From an uncultured delta proteobacterium (GTDB lineage Bacteria > Desulfobacterota > RBG-13-43-22): DNA of 64,000 nucleotides. Below the pieces are notes generated by a model, which saw nothing but the letters and a program-made list of their open reading frames with translations, searched no databases and had not been told where the DNA came from. The DNA lies in the NCBI GenBank assembly GCA_963790475.1, contig CAWBOS010000010.1, forward strand, positions 832,001 through 896,000. The letters are read 5' to 3'. The translations under genes were made by a program, and so were the position numbers. This document shows positions 39,482-49,295 of this stretch, piece after piece. Within the stretch, counting starts at the first letter, position 1. The number at the start of each line of letters is the position of its first letter.

Positions 39482-39560
39482 GTCACCCCGGCGAAAGCCG
39501 GGGTCCAGGAGCGCCTTTGACGGAATAAATTCTCTGGATTCCGGCTTTCGCCGGAATGAC
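39482..39560. repeat. REP-like double-hairpin repeat, copy 4
   Basis: Same arms as copy 3; lies between convergent genes. Confidence 0.85.
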
Positions 39561-39753
39561 AGGAAGAGGACTCCAAGTTTTTAAGTCAACTGCTCAGTTT
39601 GGAGCCGCCTCTTGCAGGGAAACTCTCGGACGGGGCGTAGATCCTAACTCCAGAACTCAGAGAATTCATCTTTAAGTTGCGACTCTAAAGTCCAAGGGGG
39701 GTCAAGGAAAGGGGAATCTTTTAATCACTCGAATCCTTGACCCCCTCATTCCT

Positions 39754-41277
39754 TTATTGACTAATCCCTTCCCCGCAGGCCCGGCCTCTCAAATGAAAGA
39801 AAAAGTGAAGCCCTTTCTTGACCTTTTCTGATAAAAACTTTTTGGACACAAAATCTCCGGCCACTTTTTTATTGATTTCCCCCAAGGTCGGGTAGGGGTG
39901 AACGGCCATGGCCAGGGTGGAAAGCTTAGTTTGGCCATTCAGGACCGCCACCCATTCGTTCATCAATTCACCGCCCCCCGGCCCTAAAATTTGTATACCT
40001 AAAGGTTTATCCTTTTCATCCAGCAGCATTTTTATTTTTCCGATAGATTCACCTTGGGCCAGACTTCGATCGTTATTTTTGAATTCTTCGGTCCAGACCG
40101 AATATTTGATTCCCGCCTTCTGCGCTTCCTTTTCATTCAGGCCGATGCCGGCCAGTTCCGGATCGGTATAGGTACACCAGGGAAGATAGGTATAATCCGT
40201 CTTTCGGGGTAAGTGAAGAATCGCATTACTGAGGACAATGCCCGCCTCATAGCCGGCGGCATGGGTAAACTGGTATTCCCCCGTCACATCCCCGGCCCCA
40301 TAGATATGAGTGTGATTGGTCCTTAAACGTTGGTCCAGCTTCAGCCCCTTGGAGTCAAAAGTCAGACCGATGGTATCCAGACCTAATCCACCCAGGTTGG
40401 CCTCCCGGCCCATGGCCACCAGAAGGGTCTCGGCTCGAAGGGTCAGGGTCCGGTCCTGTTCTATCTTAACCACCTCATCCGGCCACATTTTGGACAACAT
40501 TTTCTTGGTCTGATTCGGATCAATCCTGAGAAATACGACCCGTTCCTGACCCAGATCCTCAGTCCGAAGGATCGAGGTGTTCAGGAAAAAAAACACCCCT
40601 TCTTTTTCCAGAACCTGCATCACCTGGTCGGCCATATCCTTATCTTCCCTGGTCAGGACCTGGGGACCTCGATGGACGACGAAAACCCTGGTTCCCAGGC
40701 GGGAGAAGGCCTGAGCCATTTCAATGGCCACCGGGCCGGCCCCCAGGATAATCATGGATCGGGGGAGTTTGGGCAAAGAAAAAAGATCTCTGTTGGTAAT
40801 AAAGGTAGTTTTAGACAATCCTTCAAGAGGAGGGACAGCCGGAGAAGATCCGGTGGCAATCACCCAGTTCTTGGCGGTGATCGAATTTCCATTCAGGCGG
40901 ACCGTATTTAGATCCAAAAATTCAGCTTGACCAAATAGGACTTTGACCCCTAAGGAGCAAAAACGTTTCTCGGAGTCATGCTCCTGGATTATCTCGATAA
41001 CCGATTGAATCCTTTGCGCCACCTGATCGAAAGACACCGGAGGGACGTTCACTGCCGGCAAACCAAAAGTTTTGGACTGCTTAAGGAGATGATACACCTG
41101 GGCGGTTCGTATCAGGGTTTTGCTGGGTACACAGCCGAAGTGGAGACAATCGCCACCCAGGTTTTCTTCTTTTTCGATCAGCAGGGTTTTGGCCCCCAAT
41201 TGGGCCGCTCCGGCTGCGACGCTCAATCCAGCCGAACCCCCGCCGAGTATACCAAGATCAAAATCATACTGGATCAT
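39754..41277 (-). CDS. Pyridine nucleotide-disulfide oxidoreductase (dihydrolipoamide dehydrogenase/MerA-like)
   Basis: GGGSAG, GGDCLHFGCVPSK, GAGDV, HPYPTLGE. Confidence 0.92.
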   Translation of the reverse strand: MIQYDFDLGILGGGSAGLSVAAGAAQLGAKTLLIEKEENLGGDCLHFGCVPSKTLIRTAQVYHLLKQSKTFGLPAVNVPPVSFDQVAQRIQSVIEIIQEHDSEKRFCSLGVKVLFGQAEFLDLNTVRLNGNSITAKNWVIATGSSPAVPPLEGLSKTTFITNRDLFSLPKLPRSMIILGAGPVAIEMAQAFSRLGTRVFVVHRGPQVLTREDKDMADQVMQVLEKEGVFFFLNTSILRTEDLGQERVVFLRIDPNQTKKMLSKMWPDEVVKIEQDRTLTLRAETLLVAMGREANLGGLGLDTIGLTFDSKGLKLDQRLRTNHTHIYGAGDVTGEYQFTHAAGYEAGIVLSNAILHLPRKTDYTYLPWCTYTDPELAGIGLNEKEAQKAGIKYSVWTEEFKNNDRSLAQGESIGKIKMLLDEKDKPLGIQILGPGGGELMNEWVAVLNGQTKLSTLAMAVHPYPTLGEINKKVAGDFVSKKFLSEKVKKGLHFFFHLRGRACGEGISQ

Positions 41278-41765
41278 TCAATCCTCCTGAATTTTTCTTT
41301 TTTGGCCCCGCAGACCGGACATTGATCGGGCAGATGGTCTTCTTCGAAGACATATCCGCAGATCTGGCAGACATGATAAGGAAGGTGTTTATCCGAGAGC
41401 ATGGCCGTCAAAGCGTCTTTATATAATAGGGCATGCCGTTCTTCCACGTCGCGGGAACGGATAAAACTCCAGGCCAAATCTTCACGTTTAAGGGCCAAGG
41501 CTTCTTTGATGAATTCCGGGTAAAAATCGGTTTTAGCCCGGATTTCATTTTCAAAGGCCGCTTTCAGGTTGTCTTCTGTCTTTCCAACGACCCCTTCAAG
41601 ATATTTGAGGTATTCCTCGGCATGGACCTTCTCGGCCTCAGCCACGGCCCGAAATAACCGGGCGATCTGGGAATAGCCCTCCTTCTCGGCCTGCCCTGCA
41701 TAAGCCATATTCCGGATATAGGCCTTGGATTCTCCGGCAAAGGCCTCCCGGAGCCGTTTTTCCAA
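41274..41765 (-). CDS. Rubrerythrin family protein
   Basis: AFAGESKA, EKVHA, EERHA, CQICGY...CPVCG; start codon uncertain. Confidence 0.88.
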   Translation of the reverse strand: MEKRLREAFAGESKAYIRNMAYAGQAEKEGYSQIARLFRAVAEAEKVHAEEYLKYLEGVVGKTEDNLKAAFENEIRAKTDFYPEFIKEALALKREDLAWSFIRSRDVEERHALLYKDALTAMLSDKHLPYHVCQICGYVFEEDHLPDQCPVCGAKKEKFRRIE

Positions 41766-42003
41766 ATCCTGGGGAAGCTCTTCATATCAAGGACAATCCG
41801 CCAAAAATAGCGGCGGATCGTCCTTGATCAGATTAGCCCTGCTTAGCATAAAAATATTCGCGATAGCCTTGTCTGTAATTCCCGGCAGTTCTCTCCTTTG
41901 TTAGGATATCTTAGGCAGCCAGGCCTTGGCCGGAAAAAAGTCTGTATCTGACCGTGAGAGTCCGTGGCAAAGAAAGTTTTTGACTTACCTGGTTAATAAT
42001 CTA

Positions 42004-42327
42004 TCATTTTAACGCTTCCATGGAAATACAGGAATGGGCAAAAGAGGCCCCGGCATTCATGGCTACGGCCACAAAAACCACCTCAGCGATTTCCGCATCT
42101 GTGGCCCCCAGCTGTTTGGCCTTCTTGGTGTGACCGTCTATGCAATAGGGGCAGCGGGTAATGTGGGCGCAGGCCACGGCCACCAATTCCTTCATTTTAC
42201 CGGGCAGGGCACCGTCATCAAAGACTTTCTGGTTAAAGGTTAAAAATGAAGTAAAGAGATCCGGGTTGAGTTCCATCAATTTTTGAAAATTTTTCACGCC
42301 TTCCTTGTTGTAATAACTTTCACTCAT
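42004..42327 (-). CDS. Carboxymuconolactone decarboxylase / AhpD-like protein
   Basis: KELVAVA..HITRCPYCIDGH. Confidence 0.9.
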   Translation of the reverse strand: MSESYYNKEGVKNFQKLMELNPDLFTSFLTFNQKVFDDGALPGKMKELVAVACAHITRCPYCIDGHTKKAKQLGATDAEIAEVVFVAVAMNAGASFAHSCISMEALK

Positions 42328-42347
42328 CGGGCATTTCCTCCTTAGGT

Positions 42348-42764
42348 TTATTCGCCTATGATTTTTACCAAAACTCGTTTCTTTCTTCTTCCGTCAAATT
42401 CTCCGTAAAAGATTTGTTCCCAGGGACCGAAATCCAACTTCCCTTTGGTCACGGCAACCACCACTTCCCGGCCCATGACCTGGCGTTTCAAGTGGGCATC
42501 GGCATTGTCTTCCCCTACATTATGGCGATACCCGGAAACCGGCTCATGGGGGGCCAGTTTTTCAAGCCAGCGGTCATAATCCTGGTGAAGCCCTGATTCG
42601 TCGTCGTTGATAAAAACGGAAGCGGTGATGTGCATGGCATTGACTAAAACCAGCCCTTCGCTGATGCCGCTTTCTCTCAGGCATTCTTCCACCTGGGAGG
42701 TGATATTGATAAAGGCCCGGCGGGTCGGCACCTGATACCATAGTTCCTTACGATAACTTTTCAC
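42348..42764 (-). CDS. yjbQ: YjbQ (secondary thiamine-phosphate synthase) family protein
   Basis: [30 protein letters not shown]. Confidence 0.9.
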   Translation of the reverse strand: MKSYRKELWYQVPTRRAFINITSQVEECLRESGISEGLVLVNAMHITASVFINDDESGLHQDYDRWLEKLAPHEPVSGYRHNVGEDNADAHLKRQVMGREVVVAVTKGKLDFGPWEQIFYGEFDGRRKKRVLVKIIGE

Positions 42765-42975
42765 CTTGATTCCTCATCTCTCTTTAAAGAAAAGGACGTT
42801 CTGCGACAACCTCCTGACTTCCGGACGGTGTCCTTTAGCAGCCGGTGCAGCGCCTTCCCGGCAATCTTTTCTATCATACCTGAATAGCCATCGGAATACA
42901 TCAGCTTTTTTTGATCTTACCAAGCAGGACTGATATCTATAAAAGGTCAAATAAATCTTGATGTCAGTAATTAAT

Positions 42976-43004
42976 TTGTCAAGATAATATTTATCATTTA
43001 TAAT
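42976..43004 (+). promoter_or_regulatory. Conserved 28/29-bp site, copy 2
   Basis: T-TGTCAAGATAA TATTTA TCATTTATAAT, followed by AATAACTTGTTAGGC. Confidence 0.75.
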
Positions 43005-43048
43005 CAGAATAACTTGTTAGGCCTGAAGTATCAGCAGGGGAGGGTGTC

Positions 43049-43327
43049 TTGAAGCGTTTCGGTCTCGGCTTGCTCTGTGGGCTCGGTGGCTATCTTATCG
43101 TCGCCGTCGTAAGCTATTTTGCCATACTGCAGTTTTCGCCGAACAGGCATGACCGTGAACTCGAGGCGGCGATGACGAGCGTTTTCTTCATTGGACCTAT
43201 TGGAGCAGTCCTCTCATTCATACTCGGCGATTCTTATCGACGGTTTTTGAATTCAGAACGAAGTTTTTTAACAAGAAAGGTGAAGGTGAAACATGTTTAT
43301 CGTTATTATCTCTTTCCCACCCATTAA
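43049..43327 (+). CDS. Small two-TM membrane protein with chimeric C-terminus
   Basis: KRFGLGLLCGLGGY...NRHDRELEAAMTSVFF; diverges from the 47868 copy after LSFI. Confidence 0.65.
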   Translation: MKRFGLGLLCGLGGYLIVAVVSYFAILQFSPNRHDRELEAAMTSVFFIGPIGAVLSFILGDSYRRFLNSERSFLTRKVKVKHVYRYYLFPTH

Positions 43328-43583
43328 GGAAGGCAGGGATGCCGATTTCCAAAGATGGTTTGCCTCTTCAAACCAAGCGTTCGGCAACTTTAGTGGCTTT
43401 ATAAGCAGAAGACTTCTGAAGCCTGTAAATGGAGGGAACTACGCGGCTATAGTTGAATTCAAGGATCAAGCTGCATTCCAAGCAATGCATAGCAGTGCTA
43501 CCCATGATGCAGAGGGCGACCAAGTGAGACCTCTCTTTGATGGTAAACCCACGCCGACATTCTACCAAGTTATTGGTGGATAG
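43293..43583 (+). CDS. Antibiotic biosynthesis monooxygenase (ABM) domain protein
   Basis: GFISRRLLKP...F..MHSS..H; 96 aa. Confidence 0.8.
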   Translation: MFIVIISFPPIKEGRDADFQRWFASSNQAFGNFSGFISRRLLKPVNGGNYAAIVEFKDQAAFQAMHSSATHDAEGDQVRPLFDGKPTPTFYQVIGG

Positions 43584-43633
43584 TTTGGACGCAATATGGC
43601 AGCTCTCGTAGAGTGGGACGGGGAATTGCAAGC

Positions 43634-43671
43634 TGGTGTGGGAGGGGGGAAAAACACTCCCGTTACCCGAT
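43634..43671 (+). mobile_element. 3' end remnant (domain VI) of a group II intron
   Basis: TGGTGTGGGAGGGGGG...CTCCCGTTACCCGAT. Confidence 0.55.
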
Positions 43672-43699
43672 TAGCGTCCTCATTCAGATAATAGTGTGA

Positions 43700-44050
43700 T
43701 AAAGTCAGGAGAACACACAATCTTACCCACAAGATTCTGAACTGCCGGCATCAAAGCCTTGAGCGGTCTGAGTACAAGCCACATTTCCGGCAAAGCTTGT
43801 TTCCTAAGAATAATCCTCTGTGACCACCATGAACTTCCCGTTTGAGGACTTGATTGTCATTGCCAAATTCGATCTACCTTCATTCGTATCGAAGTCTATT
43901 TGATCAAGATTTCCGGTGAAGGTAACTGGAGCGGTAGCAGAGAAAGCATTTGCCAATTTGAGTTCATCTAAGAGTGCCTTTCGGATGAATTCCGAAAAAG
44001 ACGCACCATCAGGAGTTTTTATTGGTCCGAATTTAATGTTTTTTTTTGGG
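43700..44050 (-). pseudogene. Fragment of a putative lipoprotein-like gene
   Basis: GPIKTPDGASFSEFIRKALLDELKLA...EDYS*ETSFAGNVAC with an internal stop and no start. Confidence 0.45.
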
Positions 44051-44082
44051 TAAGGCCTACGAATAGAAAAACTGAATAATTT

Positions 44083-44766
44083 CTAACTAAACCTTATCCG
44101 GTTTATATCCTGATTGAATTCAATGGCAAACTTGTCAAATGCTTTATTAAGCATATCAAGGTTTAGAGGAAGCGGAGTGGCTCGGGAAGGCCTTTTCATT
44201 TCCCTTACATCAACATCATAAACCTTATGAAAAATATACTTTTCATCTCTGTCTAGGATAGAAACCTCTACCTTCATGATCCCATGGAATTCGGATTTTG
44301 CTGCGGGAGCAAGCAATGGACCTATAATTGGGAAAGCAAAAATTTCATTAGGTTTAACTGTTGGATACCATGCCTTCAGCTTGAGTTCTGCCTTGTTACC
44401 TTGAGGGTTGTCCCCGAACTGTTTCAAGACCATTTTTTGGAAGACATCAAAAAGGGAAGAATCATATGCCGGATCTCCCAATGTAACTGTCGGTAATACA
44501 TACTGAACTACAAACTTCTTCTCAGTCTTAAATCTATCATCTCTTTCATCAAGGAAGACAAAGTTAATATTGCTATTCTTTTCAACTCTTGCCTGATTTT
44601 CTATTAATAGCCCCGTCTTACGATAGTTGTCGTGAGCACATCCCCAGGTTCCCAAAACCAGAAGCGGGAGAAAGATAGAAACAGAGTATTTGACCAGAAA
44701 ATTATATTTATTCAGAAAATATTTTATGGATCCCATCAATTTTCTCCCTGTGTAGCTTTTTTGCAA
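44083..44766 (-). CDS. Hypothetical lipoprotein
   Basis: Hydrophobic stretch followed by a TWGC lipobox-like motif. Confidence 0.65.
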   Translation of the reverse strand: MQKSYTGRKLMGSIKYFLNKYNFLVKYSVSIFLPLLVLGTWGCAHDNYRKTGLLIENQARVEKNSNINFVFLDERDDRFKTEKKFVVQYVLPTVTLGDPAYDSSLFDVFQKMVLKQFGDNPQGNKAELKLKAWYPTVKPNEIFAFPIIGPLLAPAAKSEFHGIMKVEVSILDRDEKYIFHKVYDVDVREMKRPSRATPLPLNLDMLNKAFDKFAIEFNQDINRIRFS

Positions 44767-45234
44767 TAACGATCTTTACGCCCTTTTACAATACCAATAG
44801 AATATATGGTGGTATTTTGGACTTTAATTTAACCATTAATGTGGTCTTTGTCAAATAAACCAAGATTTTTGGAATGGTATTGAAAAATAGGTAATGATTA
44901 TTTTTATAAAGGAGGGGAGAATAATATATCCCAATGCTAAATATCGTTAAGATGTTGTCTTTCTAGAGGTAGAATTATAGGTCTTTCAAATACCTAGGTG
45001 CAGGACTTTCACAGCTTATGGTACGTTGATGATACTTGTTACGGTCAATTTTCTTCAGACAGGGGGAAAGGGGGAAGCAAGAAGCTCGATTAGATGGCCC
45101 TTTCTTGCTAATATTTATTCATCTAGACATATTTTTTCTATTGGTCCAAGCAATACCAGTCAGAGTAAGGGAGAGAAAATTTTAATTGAAAACCTGCTCT
45201 CTGCTGTCATGATTTTAATTGTCTTAACCATTAG

Positions 45235-46137
45235 CTATGGCATTTGGGTACGAGGATACTGATGCCATTTACGATAGATATATCGAAAAGCCACATTCCT
45301 GGAGTACTTTGCCTCAGTGGTAGGCTTATAGTCCGGCCCTTCAAGATTTCCGATGACCTTTTGGATAATATCGGCACCGATTATTTTCACAGAGGCATTA
45401 TAACCGTTAAAAAGGGCATTATCGCAGATGTTGTTGATCTGCCTGGGGATTCCTTCAGCCTTTTCAACTATCAGGGAAATGGCCTGGGGGGAAAAAATTT
45501 CACTCGAATACTTTCCGACCCTTCTCAGTCGATGCTCGATATAATCCAGCGATTCTTTCGCTGACAGAGATTTGATCTTTATCCCCAGAGGGGTCTTCTG
45601 GAGCCGGTTCCTATAAAAAGCGGCAACGTAGGTTTCCTCAAGCTCTGGCTGCCCAACTAGGACAATCTGGAGGGTTTCGGAAATCCAGGGTTCCAATTCG
45701 AAGAGGTGGAACAGATCCTCGACCACATCCTTTGGGAGTAAATGGGCTTCATCGATCAGGACGGCCAGTAACTCCCCCTGCTCCCTGATCTCTCTCAAAT
45801 AAACCAAGAATGGCTTTTTGAGTTCTTGGGTCTCTTCAAAAGCTGTTGGTTCTCCCAACTCAAATAAGATCTGTTGGAGCAATTCGTTAAATGCGTAAGT
45901 GGAATGGAAAATAAAAGCCGTTTTTACTTTTTGGGGGAGCCTCTCCATGACCTCGTGAATCAACATGGTTTTCCCTGTTCCAACTTCGCCTATAAGGACC
46001 ATCAACCCCTTTCTTTCATTTATTCCTCTTAATATAGTCTCCAGGGCCATCTTGTAACTCCTGGTCAGATAAAGAAACGTGAGGTCTGGCGATAATTCGA
46101 AAGGTTTATCCGAAAAACCATAAAAGTCTAATAGCAT
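45235..46137 (-). CDS. ExeA/GspA-like AAA ATPase
   Basis: FYGFSDKPFELSPD, GEVGTGKT, IDEAH, LVGQPEL, GIPRQIN. Confidence 0.9.
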   Translation of the reverse strand: MLLDFYGFSDKPFELSPDLTFLYLTRSYKMALETILRGINERKGLMVLIGEVGTGKTMLIHEVMERLPQKVKTAFIFHSTYAFNELLQQILFELGEPTAFEETQELKKPFLVYLREIREQGELLAVLIDEAHLLPKDVVEDLFHLFELEPWISETLQIVLVGQPELEETYVAAFYRNRLQKTPLGIKIKSLSAKESLDYIEHRLRRVGKYSSEIFSPQAISLIVEKAEGIPRQINNICDNALFNGYNASVKIIGADIIQKVIGNLEGPDYKPTTEAKYSRNVAFRYIYRKWHQYPRTQMP

Positions 46138-46896
46138 GAAATATCATCCTTTGTTTTTTACACCCATGTTATCAAATGATATGGGCTCTTTTTTCAAAAA
46201 CAGCCTGCCGATTGTGAGGGATTTAGATCGGGCGGTCAGACTATTGATAATTCAAGTTTTCATGTATCCTTAACTTCAGGGAAAAATGAATGGGACAAGA
46301 AAAGATTTATGAAGCTTCTTCTTTTCTTCACGCAAAAGATGTGCCGTTTTTTTATTTTTTATATCTCAATGAAATAAAAAAGTTTTTATAAGACAGAGGA
46401 TTTTTGGAAAGGGTCAAATGATTGAGTTTTCCTACAGAAGTCAGAAAGGAAATGCATGATATTTCATACATGCTTCTAGTAACCTGAATTTTTCTCGATA
46501 AATCTTTCTTCGATCTCTCGAAACAATCCCCTTTAACCGAACTGTGAGACACTACAAGCATAGGTCGATCATTGAGACTGCTCTGTCTGCGTTCAAGAGA
46601 TGGAAGAGCTTAAAATCGATTATTTTCAATTAAACCTATCCCTTAAAACCAAAGGTCATTTCTTCCCAAAAAATAAGACAAATTAAAAGAAAATCGATTT
46701 ATTTTTTATGAAAAAAAGGCTGATAATGGGTTGTTAATTTTATTAGCAGTCCAATGACAGTCTTTCATCGTTTATTTATCGTTTGTGATGTGGTCGAGTC
46801 CTGATCCTCTACCAGCTTCAGAGCCATGATACGAACCATATCGTGATAGCGAGTACCGGACATTGTAAAAATGGAATTCATACCCTTTAATATTTA

Positions 46897-47277
46897 TTAA
46901 TTGTTCTTACCGCTAATCGGCAAGGATCGGATACGAAGGCGGGATTGTTCAAAGACTACGACGCTTCCTTGCTCTAAAGCCTCTAATAATATATCTAAAT
47001 TTCTTTGGAGAAGTGTGATTTGATCCTCGGGTCGTCTTTCTGTTCCACGCCGAAATAAAATCACCGATGGTTTGTTTTCCTGACGAAGAGCCAATAAGGT
47101 GGAAAAGTCGGTATCGGCTGAAATAATCACACGATCTTCAGCATACGCCAGTGAGAAAATTGCTTCGTCTTCTGCTGCTTGCATCCCCAAGTCACGCACA
47201 TGGACGGCATCATATCCTTGTTGGCGCAAGGCCTTGGCTACTATGGGGGAGAGAGCGTTGTCTATCAGGAATTTCAT
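46897..47277 (-). CDS. DUF5615 PIN-like toxin (VapC45-like)
   Basis: [24 protein letters not shown]. Confidence 0.88.
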   Translation of the reverse strand: MKFLIDNALSPIVAKALRQQGYDAVHVRDLGMQAAEDEAIFSLAYAEDRVIISADTDFSTLLALRQENKPSVILFRRGTERRPEDQITLLQRNLDILLEALEQGSVVVFEQSRLRIRSLPISGKNN

Positions 47278-47504
47278 GAAGCCATCAATAAAGGCAATTC
47301 ACGCTCCCGAACAGCTTCAGCCGCGTAACGCAATGATTCCTGAATATCTTCAGGCTCCAAATCAGGAAAGGCTTGAAGAATTTCTTCTGTTCCCATCCCT
47401 TCGGCGACCATTCCAACTACAGTTGCCACAGGGATTCGAAGCCCGCGAAGACAAGGAATCCCCCCCATTTGAGCAGGATTAACCGTAATTCGTCTGAATG
47501 CCAT
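47274..47504 (-). CDS. DUF433 antitoxin
   Basis: [22 protein letters not shown]...[10 protein letters not shown]. Confidence 0.92.
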   Translation of the reverse strand: MAFRRITVNPAQMGGIPCLRGLRIPVATVVGMVAEGMGTEEILQAFPDLEPEDIQESLRYAAEAVRERELPLLMAS

Positions 47505-47613
47505 TTTCTACCTCCCAGGACTATTTGGTTAAGATTATACCTGATTAGCCGGTGGAATACATCAGTTTTTTTGACCCTGCTGATTCAGAGTTGGAGTGCA
47601 AAGGCTTAAAATA

Positions 47614-47642
47614 TTGTCAAGGTAATCTTTATCATTTATAAT
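47614..47642 (+). promoter_or_regulatory. Conserved 28/29-bp site, copy 3
   Basis: T-TGTCAAGGTAA TCTTTA TCATTTATAAT, followed by GGTAACTGGATTGTTAGAG. Confidence 0.75.
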
Positions 47643-47867
47643 GGGTAACTGGATTGTTAGAGATATTTAATGCCAGTGAACCTCTAACATCGGGAGCGGC
47701 ACCAACTTCGTGATAAGTTATAGAAAAAAATGATCGGTAAAGAGTGCCTTAAAGTGACCTTTTTACCCCAAAAAGAAAGTTCCAAGAGAAACCATAATGC
47801 TGCGAGGCAATCGATATTTCGCGCCGAATCAAGGGACCAGCATCATCATAAGCAGGGGAGGGTGGCG

Positions 47868-48068
47868 GTGAAGCGTTTTGGTCTCGGCCTGCTCTGTGGG
47901 CTTGGTGGCTATCTCATCGTCGCCGTCGTAAGCTATTTTGCCGTATTACAGTTTTCGCCGAACAGGCATGACCGCGAGCTCGAGGCCGCAATGACGAGTG
48001 TTTTTTTCTTTGGGCCTATTGGTGCGGCCCTCTCGTTCATATTCGGAATTACCCTGGGTGGCCGTTGA
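47868..48068 (+). CDS. Small two-TM membrane protein, probable intact copy (66 aa)
   Basis: GTG start behind GGGAGGG; paralogous to 43049 and 49794; ends FGITLGGR. Confidence 0.75.
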   Translation: MKRFGLGLLCGLGGYLIVAVVSYFAVLQFSPNRHDRELEAAMTSVFFFGPIGAALSFIFGITLGGR

Positions 48069-48261
48069 GCAGCAAAATCTCATCTCGACGCTTAAGATAA
48101 AAGGGACGGTTCTCTATAGAGGCCATTTTGATCCCCAAAAAGTTTGTTTAAGGCAAATTATTGGCCTCAACTGGTACGTTTATCATGATATTAAACAGGT
48201 TTGGTCTGGTCCGGCCTCAAAAGAAACGGTGTAACGATAACCTTTTGGAGTTGATTAAATA

Positions 48262-49224
48262 ATGAAAGCCATTATTTTTGATACCGAACTGAAATATCTC
48301 GAAGACTATCCTGTTCCTGAACCGGGGCCGAATGAGGCCCTGGTCAAAGTCCTGATGGCCGGGATTTGCAATACGGACCTGGAAATCACTAAGGGCTACA
48401 TGGGATTCAAAGGCGTTCTGGGTCACGAGTTTGTTGGTCTGGTGGAGAAGGTTAACGGGCCGGATCAGCAACTGGTCGGACAGCGGGTAGTCGGCGAGAT
48501 CAACTGTTATTGCGGCACTTGCGATTATTGTCAAAAGGAAATGAAGACCCATTGCCCCAACCGGTTCACCTTGGGCATCAAGAACAAAGACGGTGCCTTT
48601 GCCCAGTTCCTCACCTTACCGGTTTCCAACCTTTGGGCCGTCCCCCCCCAACTGACGGACGAGGCAGCAGTCTTCGTCGAACCCCTCGCGGCCGCTTTCG
48701 AGATCCTGGAACAGATACATCTAACCCCCACCAATCGCGTCTTGGTGCTGGGCGATGGAAAACTCGGGCTGCTCTGCGCCTTCGTCCTTAACCTGGTCGG
48801 CCTGGAAGTAACCGTTTCCGGAAACCACACGGAAAAACTCCGCCTGGCCTCGGAACAGCATATCGTCACCATCCACCGGTCTGACCTCAAACCGGCAAAG
48901 AGTTATGACGTAATAATAGAGGCCACTGGGTCAGCGGCCGGCTTCGAGACCGCCGCTCAATGCGTGCGGCCCCGAGGCTTTATCGTGTTGAAGAGCACCA
49001 TTGCCGCCGGAAAAGAGATGAACCTCACGTCCCTGGTAATAGATGAGATTACCCTCTTAGGATCCCGCTGCGGCCCCTTCGGCCCGGCCCTCCGGACTAT
49101 GGCTAAGGGTATCCTTCCCCTCAGGCAAATGATAACCGGGATTTACAGACCGGAACAATGTAAGGAAGCCTTTGCAAAGGCCAGTGAACGCGGGACCCTC
49201 AAGATCCTGTTTGATTTTCGATAA
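48262..49224 (+). CDS. Zinc-dependent alcohol dehydrogenase (MDR family)
   Basis: GICNTD, GHEFVG, C..C..C......HC, GDGKLG. Confidence 0.93.
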   Translation: MKAIIFDTELKYLEDYPVPEPGPNEALVKVLMAGICNTDLEITKGYMGFKGVLGHEFVGLVEKVNGPDQQLVGQRVVGEINCYCGTCDYCQKEMKTHCPNRFTLGIKNKDGAFAQFLTLPVSNLWAVPPQLTDEAAVFVEPLAAAFEILEQIHLTPTNRVLVLGDGKLGLLCAFVLNLVGLEVTVSGNHTEKLRLASEQHIVTIHRSDLKPAKSYDVIIEATGSAAGFETAAQCVRPRGFIVLKSTIAAGKEMNLTSLVIDEITLLGSRCGPFGPALRTMAKGILPLRQMITGIYRPEQCKEAFAKASERGTLKILFDFR

Positions 49225-49295
49225 CCGAGCAAGGGGTGGGGTGGGTCCGACCCCTTTTGAACCCAAAAGCCAACCAGCAACCATAGGAGGAAAAT

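Larger units (their letters stand above)
43049..43620 (+). repeat. 572-bp direct repeat, copy A
   Basis: Matches 49794-50365; the differences seen cluster in the first ~110 bp. Confidence 0.95.

Noticed and set aside
39754-41277. Mercuric reductase merA
   Set aside because: No C-terminal Cys-Cys pair, no NmerA domain and no mer operon context.
42790-42865. Riboswitch upstream of yjbQ
   Set aside because: GC-rich, but no recognisable TPP or SAH consensus by eye; it needs cmscan.
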